Part shown: piece after piece, positions 11,567-20,041 of the stretch | Position numbering within the stretch: the first letter of the stretch is position 1 | How the letters are laid out: each line of letters begins with the position of its first letter | Assembly (NCBI GenBank): GCA_963783385.1 | Contig: CAWANJ010000001.1 | Span: forward strand, 160,001 to 224,000 | Direction: 5' to 3' | DNA from: an uncultured Gemmatimonadales bacterium | GTDB lineage: Bacteria > Gemmatimonadota > Gemmatimonadetes > Palauibacterales > Palauibacteraceae | Length of the DNA stretch: 64,000 bases | The notes under the pieces: model-generated | Told to the model about the DNA's origin: nothing | Seen by the model: only the letters and a program-made list of their open reading frames with translations | Databases searched by the model: none | Program-made: the position numbers and the translations under genes

Positions 11567-12676
11567 CTACAGCTCCCTCAGGTCGAGCGGGAAGTCCGTG
11601 AGCGGACGCGCGCCGGCTTCCTCCACCCACACGTCGTCCTCCAGCCTCACGCCGCCGCGCCCCGGAAGATACACGCCCGGCTCGATCGTTACCACGTTCC
11701 CGGGCTGCAAGATGGCCTCCGACCGCCGTGACACGGCCGGCTCCTCGTGCACCTCCAGACCGAGGCCGTGACCCGTGGAGTGACCGAAGTGCTCCCCGTA
11801 CCCGGCTTCCGTCAAGCTGTCACGGGCCGCGGCGTCGACATCCGCGGCCGGCGCGCCGGCCGCTACGGCGGCGACGGCGGCATCGTGGGCCGCGAGGACC
11901 GCCCGGTGGACGGCAAGCTGCCACGCGGCCGCAGCGCCCGCCACGACGGTACGCGTGATGTCCGACCTATAGCCGTCGACCACGGCTCCGAAGTCCAGCA
12001 GCAGCAGGTCGCCCTCGCGCAGGGTGCGGGCCGAGGGGCGTGCGTGCGGCAGGGCCGAGCGAGGGCCCACGGCCACGATCGACTCGAACGCGGGACCATC
12101 CGATCCGGCTCGACGGAGCCTGTACTCCAGCTCCGCCGTGATCTCCGCCTCGGAGATGCCCTCCTCGACACGACCCAGGGTCTCCTCGAGAGCTTCGCAG
12201 GCCAGCACGGCCGCGCGGCCGATGCGCGCGATCTCCGCCGCATCCTTGCGCGCGCGGAGCGATTCGACCAGCCCTTCGCGAGCCGTCCAGTCCACCTCGG
12301 GCGCCGCCTGTTCGAGGCGGGCCTTCTCACGGACCGAGACGTGGGCCGGCTCGAATGCGAACCGGGGAGATCCGGGCCAGTCCCGAGCCAGGTCGGACAG
12401 CGCGTCGAACAGCCCATCGCCCGCGATCCGTACCTCGATCGTCGGGTCGACCTCGTCCGCCGCCTGGACCTCGTAGCGCGAGTCGGTCAGCAGGAAACCA
12501 TCGTCCCCGCGCACCACCAGCAGCCCGCTCGAGCCCGAGAAACCGGAGAGGTAGCGCCGATTCGGACCATGTAGGGTCAGGAGGCCGTCGAGCCCGAGTT
12601 CCTCCAAACACCCGCGGAGACGCGCCAGCCTGTCACCGCGCGCCACCGGAGGAAGCGGCGTACCGGCCTCGATCAA
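11567..12676 (-). CDS. Xaa-Pro dipeptidase/aminopeptidase, M24 family
   Basis: Creatinase_N region plus motifs SDITRT, HSTGHGLGLEVHE, TIEPGVY and GVRLEDD. Confidence 0.93.
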   Translation of the reverse strand: MIEAGTPLPPVARGDRLARLRGCLEELGLDGLLTLHGPNRRYLSGFSGSSGLLVVRGDDGFLLTDSRYEVQAADEVDPTIEVRIAGDGLFDALSDLARDWPGSPRFAFEPAHVSVREKARLEQAAPEVDWTAREGLVESLRARKDAAEIARIGRAAVLACEALEETLGRVEEGISEAEITAELEYRLRRAGSDGPAFESIVAVGPRSALPHARPSARTLREGDLLLLDFGAVVDGYRSDITRTVVAGAAAAWQLAVHRAVLAAHDAAVAAVAAGAPAADVDAAARDSLTEAGYGEHFGHSTGHGLGLEVHEEPAVSRRSEAILQPGNVVTIEPGVYLPGRGGVRLEDDVWVEEAGARPLTDFPLDLREL

Positions 12677-13122
12677 GCGGCGCCCAGGTGGCCGAGGAGG
12701 CCGTCGAGCGCCAGCAGGTAGCTGTCCCCGTGGAATCCCGCGACCACGCCCACTGCCACGTCGGCGAGGAGCGATCGGGCACGGAACGGCTCTCGCGCCT
12801 GGATGTTGGAGAGATGGACCTCCACGAAGGGCCGGCCGCTGGCGACGAGCGCGTCTCGGAGGGACACGCTGGTGTGGGTGAGTCCGCCGGCGTTCACCAG
12901 CCAGCCGGCGACCGCCAAGGCCTGCGACTGAACCCAGTCGATCAAGGCCCCCTCCGAGTTGGACTGCAGGGAGACCATCTGGACACCGCGTTCCTCCGCC
13001 CGCTCGGCCAGGCGCGCCTGGATGTCCTCCAGGGTCTCGGAGCCGTATAGCTCGGGCTCACGACCGCCGAGGAGATTCAGGTTGGGCCCGTGGAGGACGC
13101 CAATGCGGACCAGGGACCCCAT
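12673..13122 (-). CDS. aroQ: Type II 3-dehydroquinate dehydratase
   Basis: Motifs HGPNLNLLGGREPELYG, THTSVSLRDAL and VEVHLSNIQAREPFR. Confidence 0.95.
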   Translation of the reverse strand: MGSLVRIGVLHGPNLNLLGGREPELYGSETLEDIQARLAERAEERGVQMVSLQSNSEGALIDWVQSQALAVAGWLVNAGGLTHTSVSLRDALVASGRPFVEVHLSNIQAREPFRARSLLADVAVGVVAGFHGDSYLLALDGLLGHLGAA

Positions 13123-13135
13123 CAGAACCGCACCC

Positions 13136-14633
13136 TCAATCCAGATCGCCCGCGGACCCGGCGTCCGCCACGGCGTCGCCGCGCAGCAACGCCCGCAGAT
13201 GGTCCCTGACCGGAGGCTCCGCGGGCCCGGCCGGCTCCGTGGGGACACTCTCCCGCACCGCCCACTCCTCCTCCGCCGCCGGGGCCGTCTCCCCGACCTC
13301 CCCGGCCGATCCCGCCCGCACCGGCCCATCGCCCTCGAGCTCGTCCCGGGCCGCCCGCAGACGCTCGGCGAGCGCCTCGTCGTGGGGCCTCCGACGCACA
13401 AGCTCCTCGTAGATCGTCACGGCCTCGCGGTAGAGGCCCTGGGTGGCATACAGCGTGGCCAGGGTCTCCGTCGGAAGATCCGAGTCCGACCGCTCCTCGG
13501 ACGGTCCGGGTTCCTGGACGTCCGTCGCCGCTTCGGGCTCCGGCTCGGGCTCGGGCTCCGCCTCGGGCTCCGCCTCGGGCTCCGGCTCCGGCTCGGGCTC
13601 GGGCTCCGCGGCGACGGGCTGGCTCACCTCGGGCTCCTGGACATCCGTCGCTGCCCCTTCGGCTTCCTCCGCGTCCTGCGGCTCTACGGGCTCCTCGCCC
13701 GTCTTCGCCCACGGGGCGCCGGCTTCCAGGGCCTCCCCACCCCATTCCGGCCAGTACGTCCCGCCAGGCTCGACCGGCTCGACCGGCTCGACCGGCTCCG
13801 TCCGGGTCTCCGCGACCTCTTCCGCGGCGGGCTCCGCGACCTCTTCCGTCCAGCTTCCCGGCTCCCCCGTGTCCCCGGTCACCTCCGGCTCGGGTGCCTC
13901 CTCGCTCCACGGCCAGCCGCTACTGCCGATGGACTCCCACTCGGCCTGGGACCCGGATTCCAGGCCGAAGGCGTCGGTGGGTCCGGTTTCCAACTCCGGC
14001 TCGGGCCCGAATTCCGCCTCGGGTCCGAATTCCGGTTCGGCCTCGCCGTCCGGCTCCCTCGGCTCGCATCCGCCCATCCGTCCCGAACCCGGAGTCCGGC
14101 TCGAGATCGGGCTCGAGGTCGGGCACGGGCTCCGGTTCGAACTCGGGCTCGAGGTCGGGCTCTGGCGGCTCGATCTCCTCTTCGGCGGCCGGCTCGGCCT
14201 CCGGCTCGGACCGCGAACCGGCCCCCCCGGCGAGGCGCTCCAGGGCGGCCTCCGCCTCCTCGTTGCGCGGATCGACCGCGAGCAGCCGCTCGTACCAACC
14301 GGCGGCCCCTTTCCGGTCCCCGCCGGTCTCGGCCATGTGAGCCAGGGCTCGGAGCGCGACCAGGTTCTGGGCGTCCACGTCCAGCACTCCACGGTACGCC
14401 TCTCTGGCCTGCACCTCCCGGCCCATGTCCTCGAAGGTACGCGCATGGACGATGTGGGCGCTGAGGTAGTCGGGGTGCTGGCTCAACCCCTCTTCTACGA
14501 CGTCCAGCGCTCGATCCAGCTCACCCGACTTTCGGAGCAGATCGGCCAGTCGGGCGAACAGGAGGCTCCCCGGATGCGCCGCGAACTGCTCCTCCAGGCG
14601 CTGGATCTCGACTCCGAGGCTGGGATCGCTCAT
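13136..14633 (-). CDS. TPR protein with long acidic Glu/Pro linker and C-terminal TPR (frameshift near 14070)
   Basis: N-terminal TPRs (FARLADLLRKSGELDRAL) are in ORF 13920..14633. The acidic linker and TETLATLYATQGLYREAVTIYEEL are in ORF 13136..14446. Confidence 0.8.
13533..13608. repeat. Degenerate 6-bp tandem repeat encoding (EP/EA)n
   Basis: ctcggg/ctccgg/ctccgc units within the TPR gene linker. Confidence 0.7.
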
Positions 14634-14690
14634 GGCATGTCCGATCGGCTGTGGAGGGAGGGGCTCTCACCCCGGGGATGGAACGCAGCG

Positions 14691-14720
14691 AAGATACCGG
14701 CCCGTTTCCGCACGTGTCAA
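14691..14720 (-). promoter_or_regulatory. Sigma70-like promoter for the TPR-aroQ-pepQ-efp-accBC operon
   Basis: Minus strand TTGACA-N18-TATCTT in the divergent intergenic region. Confidence 0.6.
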
Positions 14721-14896
14721 CGTGCCGCCGACGCCCCGGGCGTTGCTGCCGTCGCGGACCTCCGGTAGCTTTTCGGGGTTTGCAGACGTCAGTTGGACGG
14801 GCTACACGACGGCGCGGCCGAGGCTCTCGGCCGCGCGCCGTTTCGGGGCCCGCCGCGCAGGCCCGAGGACATACCCAGCCGGGAGGACACCGCCCC

Positions 14897-16726
14897 ATGG
14901 TCATGCGCAAGATGCGCGAGAACATGAAGTCGATCATGCTCATCCTGACCGTGGCCTTCGTGGCCTGGCTGGTGCTCGATTGGGTACAGAGTCGGAACCA
15001 GAGCACCCAGGCCGGCGCGAACCCCATCGTGGGCGTGGTCAACGGACAGGACATCCGCTACGTGCAGTGGAGCCGGTACCTCCAGTCCGAGCTCGACCAG
15101 GCGCGGCAGGGGGCCAGCCAGCCGCTCACGGACGAGGAGACCTACCGGGCCACGGAGCAGGCCTGGAACCAGATGGTCAACCAGATTCTCATCCAGCAGG
15201 AGCTGCAGAGGCTCGGCATCGGGGTGAGCAATGCCGAGATCAAGCAGGCCTTCCGGACGAGTCCCCCACCGGCCCTCAGGAACCACCCGGCGTTCCAGAC
15301 GGACGGGCACTTCGACTACCAGAAGTACCAGGCCTTCTTCGCCAGGCCCGGGGTGGACGTCAACCTCCTCGAGCAGATCGAGCAGTACTACCGTACCGTG
15401 CTCCCACAGTCCAAGCTCGTTCAGCTCGTCTCGCAGGAGGTCGACGTCAGCGATGCGGATCTGTGGGCGGCGTACCGGGACCAGAACGAGACCGCGCGCG
15501 TGAAGTACGTGAGCCTCGATCCGACCACGGTCGTCCCCGACAGCGCGGTGAGCGTCTCGGACCAGGAGATCCAGCAGTACTACGACGGCCATCGTGCAGA
15601 GTTCGAGAGGCCGGCCACCGCCACGGTGGACGTGGTCACCCTGTCCCAGCTGCCCTCGGCGCAGGACACAGCGGCCGCCAGGCGGACCGCCGACTCCCTC
15701 CGGAGCCTGGTGGAGGGAGGCAAGGAGAAGTTCTCCGACCTGGTCCAGCAGCTTTCGGCCGACAGCGCCTCGGGCCTGCAGGCGAGCAACCTCGGCTGGA
15801 TCCATCGGGGCGACCTGGTGAGCGCGGTCGACTCCGTGGCCTTCTCGCTGCGCGGGGGAGGGGTGTCCCGGCCGATCCTCGCGGGCTCCAGCTTCCACCT
15901 CGTCCACGTCGACGCGCGCCGCGGTGACTCCCTGTCGCTCGACCACATCCTGGTGCCGATCCAGCTCTCCACGGAGCACCAGGACAGGATTTTCGACGAC
16001 ATGGACCAGCTCGAGAGCCTGGCGCTGGACGCGGGGCTCGTCCCCGCGGCGGACTCGATGGGGCTCACGGCCCGGAAGGGGATCCAGGTCACCAGGGGTT
16101 CGCAGTTCGTGCCCGGCGCCGGGGCGCTCGGCGTGGCAGTGGAATGGGCCTTCGACCCGGAGACCACTCCGGGGACCGTGAGCCAGTTCTACCAGAACGG
16201 CCTCGGATACCATATCCTGCAGTTCGAGAGCCGATCCGACTCCTCGGTGACTCCTCTGGCCGCGGTCCGCGACCAGATCCGCACCCGTCTCCTGCAGGGA
16301 GAGAAGGCGGACGTCCTGCGCGAACGGATGGACAAGGTCGCCCAGGAGGCGCGGGCCGGCGGTGGGCTCGAGAAGGCGGCGGCCGCCTACCAGTGGAAGG
16401 TACAGGAAAGCCCGACCTTCAGCCGGCAGGACTTCGTTCAGGGTCTGGGTCGCGCCACGCAGGCCGTCGGCGCGGCGTTCGGCCTACCGGTGGGCTCGAT
16501 ATCGGACGCGCTGGACGCGGGCGGCAGGCTCGCGCTGGTCCAGGTGGAGGATCGGACGCCCGCCAACCGCAAGCAGTTCCTCCAGGTGGAGGGTCAGCTT
16601 CGGGCCCAGATGCTGACGCAGCAGCGGCAGGCCTATGTGCAGCAGTGGCTGCAAGCGCTGAGGGACCACGCCGACGTCCAGGACCTCAGGCAACAGCTGG
16701 CGGTGGCGCGCTCGCCCTCGACCTGA
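14897..16726 (+). CDS. SurA N-terminal domain / PpiD-like periplasmic chaperone with parvulin-like domain
   Basis: MRKMREN start, a TM anchor, VGVVNGQDI SurA_N, and a parvulin-like region (FSDLVQQLSAD...NLGWI). RBS GGGAGGA lies upstream. Confidence 0.85.
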   Translation: MVMRKMRENMKSIMLILTVAFVAWLVLDWVQSRNQSTQAGANPIVGVVNGQDIRYVQWSRYLQSELDQARQGASQPLTDEETYRATEQAWNQMVNQILIQQELQRLGIGVSNAEIKQAFRTSPPPALRNHPAFQTDGHFDYQKYQAFFARPGVDVNLLEQIEQYYRTVLPQSKLVQLVSQEVDVSDADLWAAYRDQNETARVKYVSLDPTTVVPDSAVSVSDQEIQQYYDGHRAEFERPATATVDVVTLSQLPSAQDTAAARRTADSLRSLVEGGKEKFSDLVQQLSADSASGLQASNLGWIHRGDLVSAVDSVAFSLRGGGVSRPILAGSSFHLVHVDARRGDSLSLDHILVPIQLSTEHQDRIFDDMDQLESLALDAGLVPAADSMGLTARKGIQVTRGSQFVPGAGALGVAVEWAFDPETTPGTVSQFYQNGLGYHILQFESRSDSSVTPLAAVRDQIRTRLLQGEKADVLRERMDKVAQEARAGGGLEKAAAAYQWKVQESPTFSRQDFVQGLGRATQAVGAAFGLPVGSISDALDAGGRLALVQVEDRTPANRKQFLQVEGQLRAQMLTQQRQAYVQQWLQALRDHADVQDLRQQLAVARSPST

Positions 16727-16751
16727 GGGAGCCGGATGGATGAGATCACCA

Positions 16752-16779
16752 GCCCGCGGCGGTCGATTGGGCCGCGGGC
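16752..16779. terminator. GC-rich hairpin between convergent ppiD-like gene and tatA
   Basis: gcccgcggc-N10-gccgcgggc. There is no U-tract, so the call is tentative. Confidence 0.4.
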
Positions 16780-16791
16780 CGGAGGTTCCGA

Positions 16792-17043
16792 TCAGCCCTG
16801 AGGCTGATCCTTGTGCTCGGACGGCTCGTGCGGGCTCTGCTGTGTGCTCGAGCTCGAGCCCCGCGTGTCACCCGGTGGGATTTCCCGGTTGACCTCGTCC
16901 TCGATTCCCTTGAGGGAGTCCTGGAAGTCGCGGATCCCCTTCCCGAGCGACTTCCCGATCTCGGGCAGCCTCTTCGCTCCGAAGAACAGGAGCACGATCG
17001 CGAAGATGACGATCAGTTCGGGAATGCCGATACCACCCAGCAT
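16792..17043 (-). CDS. tatA: Twin-arginine translocase TatA/E subunit
   Basis: GIGIPELIVIFAIVLLFFGAKRLPEIGKSLGKGIRDF. Confidence 0.95.
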   Translation of the reverse strand: MLGGIGIPELIVIFAIVLLFFGAKRLPEIGKSLGKGIRDFQDSLKGIEDEVNREIPPGDTRGSSSSTQQSPHEPSEHKDQPQG

Positions 17044-17108
17044 GTCAGGTCATCCTTCCGGGTAGGTCGCCCGCAGCGGCCGTCGACCGCCGCCGGGACG
17101 TCCCGGCA

Positions 17109-17390
17109 CTAGAGCAGAGATCTTGAGAACCAGGCCACGAGCACCACGCCTACGACGCTGAGGACATTTACACGGATCAGCAGCGGCCCCAGCGTCAGGG
17201 CCACGACCCGCAAGTCCACCGCCAGCGGTCCGAGCGATGCCGACACCGTCGTCACAAGGAACTGTCGGGCCGCGCTCGGCGGGAACGCGAGGCTCACCAG
17301 CTGGGTGAGGAGCGCGCCCACCAGCAGCCCGCCAGCGACGATGAGCAGCACTCTTCGTCCCGTCTTCTTACGGGTACCCCCGAGCTCCAT
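17109..17390 (-). CDS. Small membrane protein, DUF4321-like
   Basis: Two hydrophobic segments flanking GPLAVDLRVVALTLGP. RBS GGAGGTG precedes MELGG. Confidence 0.65.
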   Translation of the reverse strand: MELGGTRKKTGRRVLLIVAGGLLVGALLTQLVSLAFPPSAARQFLVTTVSASLGPLAVDLRVVALTLGPLLIRVNVLSVVGVVLVAWFSRSLL

Positions 17391-17440
17391 CTCGCGTGCA
17401 CCTCCTACCATGACGCGTCCTCGAGTCCGGCTTCGATCGG

Positions 17441-18451
17441 TCAGCTACGGCGCGTGACCACGAAGTCCGCTGCCTGCGTCAGCGCCTCCGTGGCGAGTCC
17501 AGACGGCAAATCTTCGAGCCAGCCGGCCGCACGTTCGGCCCAGAAGCGTGCCCGGTCGCGGGCATACTCCAGGCCTCCCCGACGCTCCACGATACCGACC
17601 ACCTCCGCCACCAGTTCGTCACGAGGCTCGGGATGGGCGAACAGCGCGTCGACCCTGGAACGCTCGTCCCGGTCCAGGGAGGGAAGCGCGGCGATCAGGG
17701 GCAGGGTCACCTTGTGCTCCCTCAGGTCCTGGCCGCTCGGCTTCCCCATGACTCGGGAGGAGGCCGTGTAATCCAGCAGATCGTCGGTCACCTGGAACGC
17801 CATGCCGAGGGCGTAGCCATACGACCGCAACGGCTCCCGGAGCTCCGGACACCCGACCAGGGCGCCGAGCTCGCAGGCCGCCGCCATCAGGGAGGCGGTC
17901 TTGCACTCGCACAGCAGCTCGTAGTCCTCCTCCCCAGCATCCAGAGCATCGTGGGCCATGAGCTGGCGCATCTCGCCGACGGTCATGCGATTGGCGGCAT
18001 CCCCGAGGATCTCGACCGCCTCCACGTCCCCGAGCCGCGCCAGCTCCGTGAGCGCTCTCGAGTAGAGGAAGTCACCCATGATGATCGCGACCTGGTGCGT
18101 CCAGCGGGCATTCACGGTGGGCATGCCGCGCCGGCGGACCGAATGGTCGACCGCGTCGTCGTGGACGAGCGTGGCGACGTGAACCAGCTCGACGACGGCC
18201 GCCAGATCCACGGCACGTTCGTCGGGACTGTTCCCCACCTCGTTGGCCAGGAGCAGGAGGGTGGGCCGTACGAGCTTTCCTTCCATGCCCGCCAGATAGT
18301 CCGACACCTCGTCCACGGCCGCGTAGCCGTCGGCCACCATCGCGACGATCCGCCGGCGGACCGCGTCGAGACGCGACCGCACGGGCTCACGCAAGGATCT
18401 GGGAGAAGAAGGGGCGGCCTCGAGCATGCTTTCACGGAGCCAGGGATTCAT
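17441..18451 (-). CDS. Long-chain polyprenyl diphosphate synthase (IspB/HepT-like)
   Basis: Motifs GKLVRP, VHDDAVD...RRG, KTASL and FQVTDDLLD. Start is approximate. Confidence 0.93.
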   Translation of the reverse strand: MNPWLRESMLEAAPSSPRSLREPVRSRLDAVRRRIVAMVADGYAAVDEVSDYLAGMEGKLVRPTLLLLANEVGNSPDERAVDLAAVVELVHVATLVHDDAVDHSVRRRGMPTVNARWTHQVAIIMGDFLYSRALTELARLGDVEAVEILGDAANRMTVGEMRQLMAHDALDAGEEDYELLCECKTASLMAAACELGALVGCPELREPLRSYGYALGMAFQVTDDLLDYTASSRVMGKPSGQDLREHKVTLPLIAALPSLDRDERSRVDALFAHPEPRDELVAEVVGIVERRGGLEYARDRARFWAERAAGWLEDLPSGLATEALTQAADFVVTRRS

Positions 18452-18488
18452 CCGGCCGTCCGTGTGGACCGCCGATCGACGGCCGCCC

Positions 18489-18518
18489 AATGTAGACGCC
18501 CCTCGAGGAAGGTGTCAA
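18489..18518 (-). promoter_or_regulatory. Sigma70-like promoter for polyprenyl synthase-DUF4321-tatA
   Basis: TTGACA-N18-TACATT, with the -35 box overlapping the upstream TGA. Confidence 0.65.
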
Positions 18519-20040
18519 AGGGCACAGGCGCGCATGCGATCTCCGACATCCATGAAGTCGATGTCGATGCTGTAGACGCGCTCGAAGCACTCCAGGGCCT
18601 GCTCGGATGCGCCTAGCGCCTGGTGCGCCACACCCAGCTGATAAAGGACGCCGAGCAGCTCCACCTCGGCGTGCCCGGGAAGGCGTAACGCCCGGGTCAG
18701 CACCCGCACGGCGACCCGGTGCAGATCCTCCTCCAGGAAGCACTGTCCCAGGAGCTCGAAGGCACGCACGGGCGGCTCGGGAGCACGGGTCGCCGCCTGG
18801 AACTCACGGATCGCATCCTCCAGTCGACCCATCTGGTGCAGGGCGATCCCGAACTCGCAGTGCGCCGCGGGGTCCGCCTCGTCGTGCGTCGCGTCGATGC
18901 GCGCCCGGAAGCCGACGAGCATGTCGTCGAAGTCCCGTCCCCAGCTCCCGCCCCGGCGGGCGCTCCCGCCAGCTCGGGATCGGAGTCGCTCGGCCCGGCA
19001 TCGGTAGGCTCCGGCGCGGACATCTCCGCCTCCGGGACGGACGCTTCCCGTCCGGAATCCGCTTCGGTGCCCGACCCGGTCGACTCAGACTTCTCTCGGG
19101 CGACGCGAAGGGCCTGACAGGCCTGGTGATGATCCGGTTCGAGCTCGAGGATCCTGCGGTGCACCGTGAGGGCCGCATCGTCGCTCCCCGAGCGCTCCAG
19201 ACAGCACGCCAGCTCCAGATAGCTGCGCACGAGCAGCGCCCCATCTTCCAGCCCGGAGGCGAGCTCGACCCGCTTGCGATAGACGGAGACGCGGTCCGGG
19301 TCTGCCTCGACGAGCGCATCGGTCGCCTCGAGGGCCGCCCGAAGGTCGCCCCGCTCCTCGGCCTCCCGTACGGCCTGCTCGGGATCGAGCGGGGGCTCGG
19401 GGGAGGACGGGACCTCGTCGGGATAGCGGGCGAGGATCTCCGGAGCCAGAGACTCGAGCCTCTCGCGAACTGCCCGGCCGATCGGCCCATCGTGGGCCAC
19501 CCCGTCGTACAGCTGCGCGAGCTCCTCGGTGGCCTCCTCGCGGCGGCCTCCCTGCAGGAGCCGGTCGATCATCTCGAGGTGGAGCTCCCGGTCCGAGGTG
19601 AGGCGGGCCAGCTCCAGGAAGGCCTCGATCGGGCCATCCTGATCGCCCTGCTCCTCGAGCCGCGCCGCGTATTCCAGAAAGTTGGTCCTGGCCTCCGCGA
19701 CCAGGCCGGTCGCCGCGTGGAGTCGCCCCAGGGTGCGGTAGACATCGACCCGTTCCGGCGCCACCCTGAGGATCTTGTCACACAGCGCGATGGCGCCCCC
19801 GTAGAGCTCCTGTTCCGCGTAGCGTTCCACCGCATCCAGATAGGACTTGACCGCTCTGGTCGGGTCGTTCTGGCGCAGATGCAGGTCGCCGATGCGGTTG
19901 TAGAGGCTCAGGTCGGGCAGGCCCTCGCCGGACGCCGCCGACTGCTCCAGGGCCTCCCCGTAGAGCTCGATGGCGCGGGCCCAGTTCTCCCGCTGCTCCT
20001 CGTGGCGCGCCTGGTTCTTGAGGTGCTTTATGCTCGCCAT
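18515..20040 (-). CDS. Multi-TPR protein (paralog 2; -1 homopolymer frameshift near 18935)
   Basis: N-terminal TPR block MASIKHLKNQARHEEQRENW...LYNRIGDLHLR. The C-terminal TPR block DFDDMLVGFRARI...AHCEFGIALHQMG...FMDVGDR is restored by adding one G to a GGG run. Confidence 0.82.
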
Positions 20041-20041
20041 C

